A DNA stretch of 29,087 nt from Gemmataceae bacterium (lineage in GTDB: Bacteria; Planctomycetota; Planctomycetia; Gemmatales; Gemmataceae). Both the position numbers and the translations under genes were made by a program. The stretch spans positions 1-29,087 of the forward strand of contig JBFWSD010000001.1 of assembly GCA_050248575.1 (NCBI GenBank). The letters run 5' to 3'. Numbering within the stretch: the first letter of the stretch is position 1; each line of letters opens with the position of its first letter. Of this stretch, positions 28,315 through 29,087 are shown in pieces. Under the pieces are notes generated by a model. The model was not told the DNA's origin. It saw only the letters and a list, made by a program, of their open reading frames with translations, and did not search any database.

Positions 28315-29087
28315 ATGTTGACCATCCGCGGCTCCAAACAGGCCCGCACTTGCGATGGCGTATCTCGTCGTCAGTTCCTGCAAGCTGGCGCCCTCGGCCT
28401 CGGCGGGCTGTCGCTCGGGCAGCTCTTGAACTTGCAGGCTCGTGCCGGCGCGCCTTCGCGGCAAAAAGCAGTCATCATGGTCTACCTCTATGGCGGCATG
28501 CCGCACCTCGACATGTACGACATGAAACCCGACGCGCCCAAGGAAGTGCGCGGCGAGTTCAACCCGATGCCGACCAACGTGCCCGGGCTGCAGATCTGCG
28601 AGCTGCTCCCCTTGCAGGCCAAGATCGCCGACAAGCTGGCCATCGTCCGCAACTGGGAGGGCCGCGGCGGTCACAATCCGCGCGAACTGCTCACCGGCGT
28701 CCCCGAAGGCAGAGGCGACCGGCCCGCTTTCGGTAACATCGTCAGTCGGCTCAAGGGGGCCGTCAATAACGGCGTGCCCACCAACGTGGCCTCCGGCATC
28801 AAGCTGCCCACGGGCTACCTCGGCAACGCCCACGCTCCCTTTGAGCCGAGCGGCGACCTGATGAAGAACCTCAAGCTGGAAGTGCCCCTCGAACAACTGG
28901 ACGACCGCAAGCAGCTCTTGCAGTCGTTCGATTCGAAGCGTCGCGATATTGACAACTCGGGCAGCCTCGCCGGACAAGACGCCCTCACCGCGCGAGCCTT
29001 CGAGAAGAACTCGTCCAGCAAGGTGCGCGACGCTTTCGATGTGAAGCAAGAGCCCGAGTCGGTGCTGGCCAAGTACGGCAAGAACAC
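28315..29087 (+). CDS. DUF1501 domain protein, 3' truncated by the window edge
   Basis: Not in the supplied ORF track because it has no stop codon. GGAGG RBS, ATG 28315, MLTIRGSKQARTCDGVSRRQFLQAGALG...VYLYGGMPHLDMYDMKPDAP.EVRGEF; open to the window end. Confidence 0.88.
   Translation, partial: MLTIRGSKQARTCDGVSRRQFLQAGALGLGGLSLGQLLNLQARAGAPSRQKAVIMVYLYGGMPHLDMYDMKPDAPKEVRGEFNPMPTNVPGLQICELLPLQAKIADKLAIVRNWEGRGGHNPRELLTGVPEGRGDRPAFGNIVSRLKGAVNNGVPTNVASGIKLPTGYLGNAHAPFEPSGDLMKNLKLEVPLEQLDDRKQLLQSFDSKRRDIDNSGSLAGQDALTARAFEKNSSSKVRDAFDVKQEPESVLAKYGKN

Overview
High-GC window, most likely from a planctomycete (inferred from DUF1501, DUF1549/DUF1553, planctomycete cytochrome c and ECF-sigma/Ser-Thr kinase gene types; possibly Gemmatales). 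Layout: (i) a ~205-nt imperfect inverted repeat at the left edge (4-208); (ii) a five-gene cassette: ECF sigma, FecR+WD40 anti-sigma, Tat-type DUF1501, DUF1549/DUF1553 and cytochrome c-WD40 (291-8202); (iii) an S10-spc ribosomal protein cluster with its own sigma70 promoter (rpsJ to secY-adk-map, 8350-20855) that lacks rplC and rpmD and carries an initiator-type tRNA-Met between rpsS and rplV; (iv) a minus-strand ECF sigma, multi-TM Ser/Thr kinase and esterase unit; (v) a HlyD/ABC-2 exporter, the crcB fluoride channel, an FmdB-type zinc ribbon and a second, truncated DUF1501 gene. Intergenic DNA holds several REP-like palindromes and degenerate 7-nt tandem arrays. The strongest leads are the long fold-back element, the tRNA inside the S10 operon, the missing rplC and the uncharacterised ECF-controlled DUF1501 cassette. 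All family assignments come from motif recognition by eye; no database searches were run.
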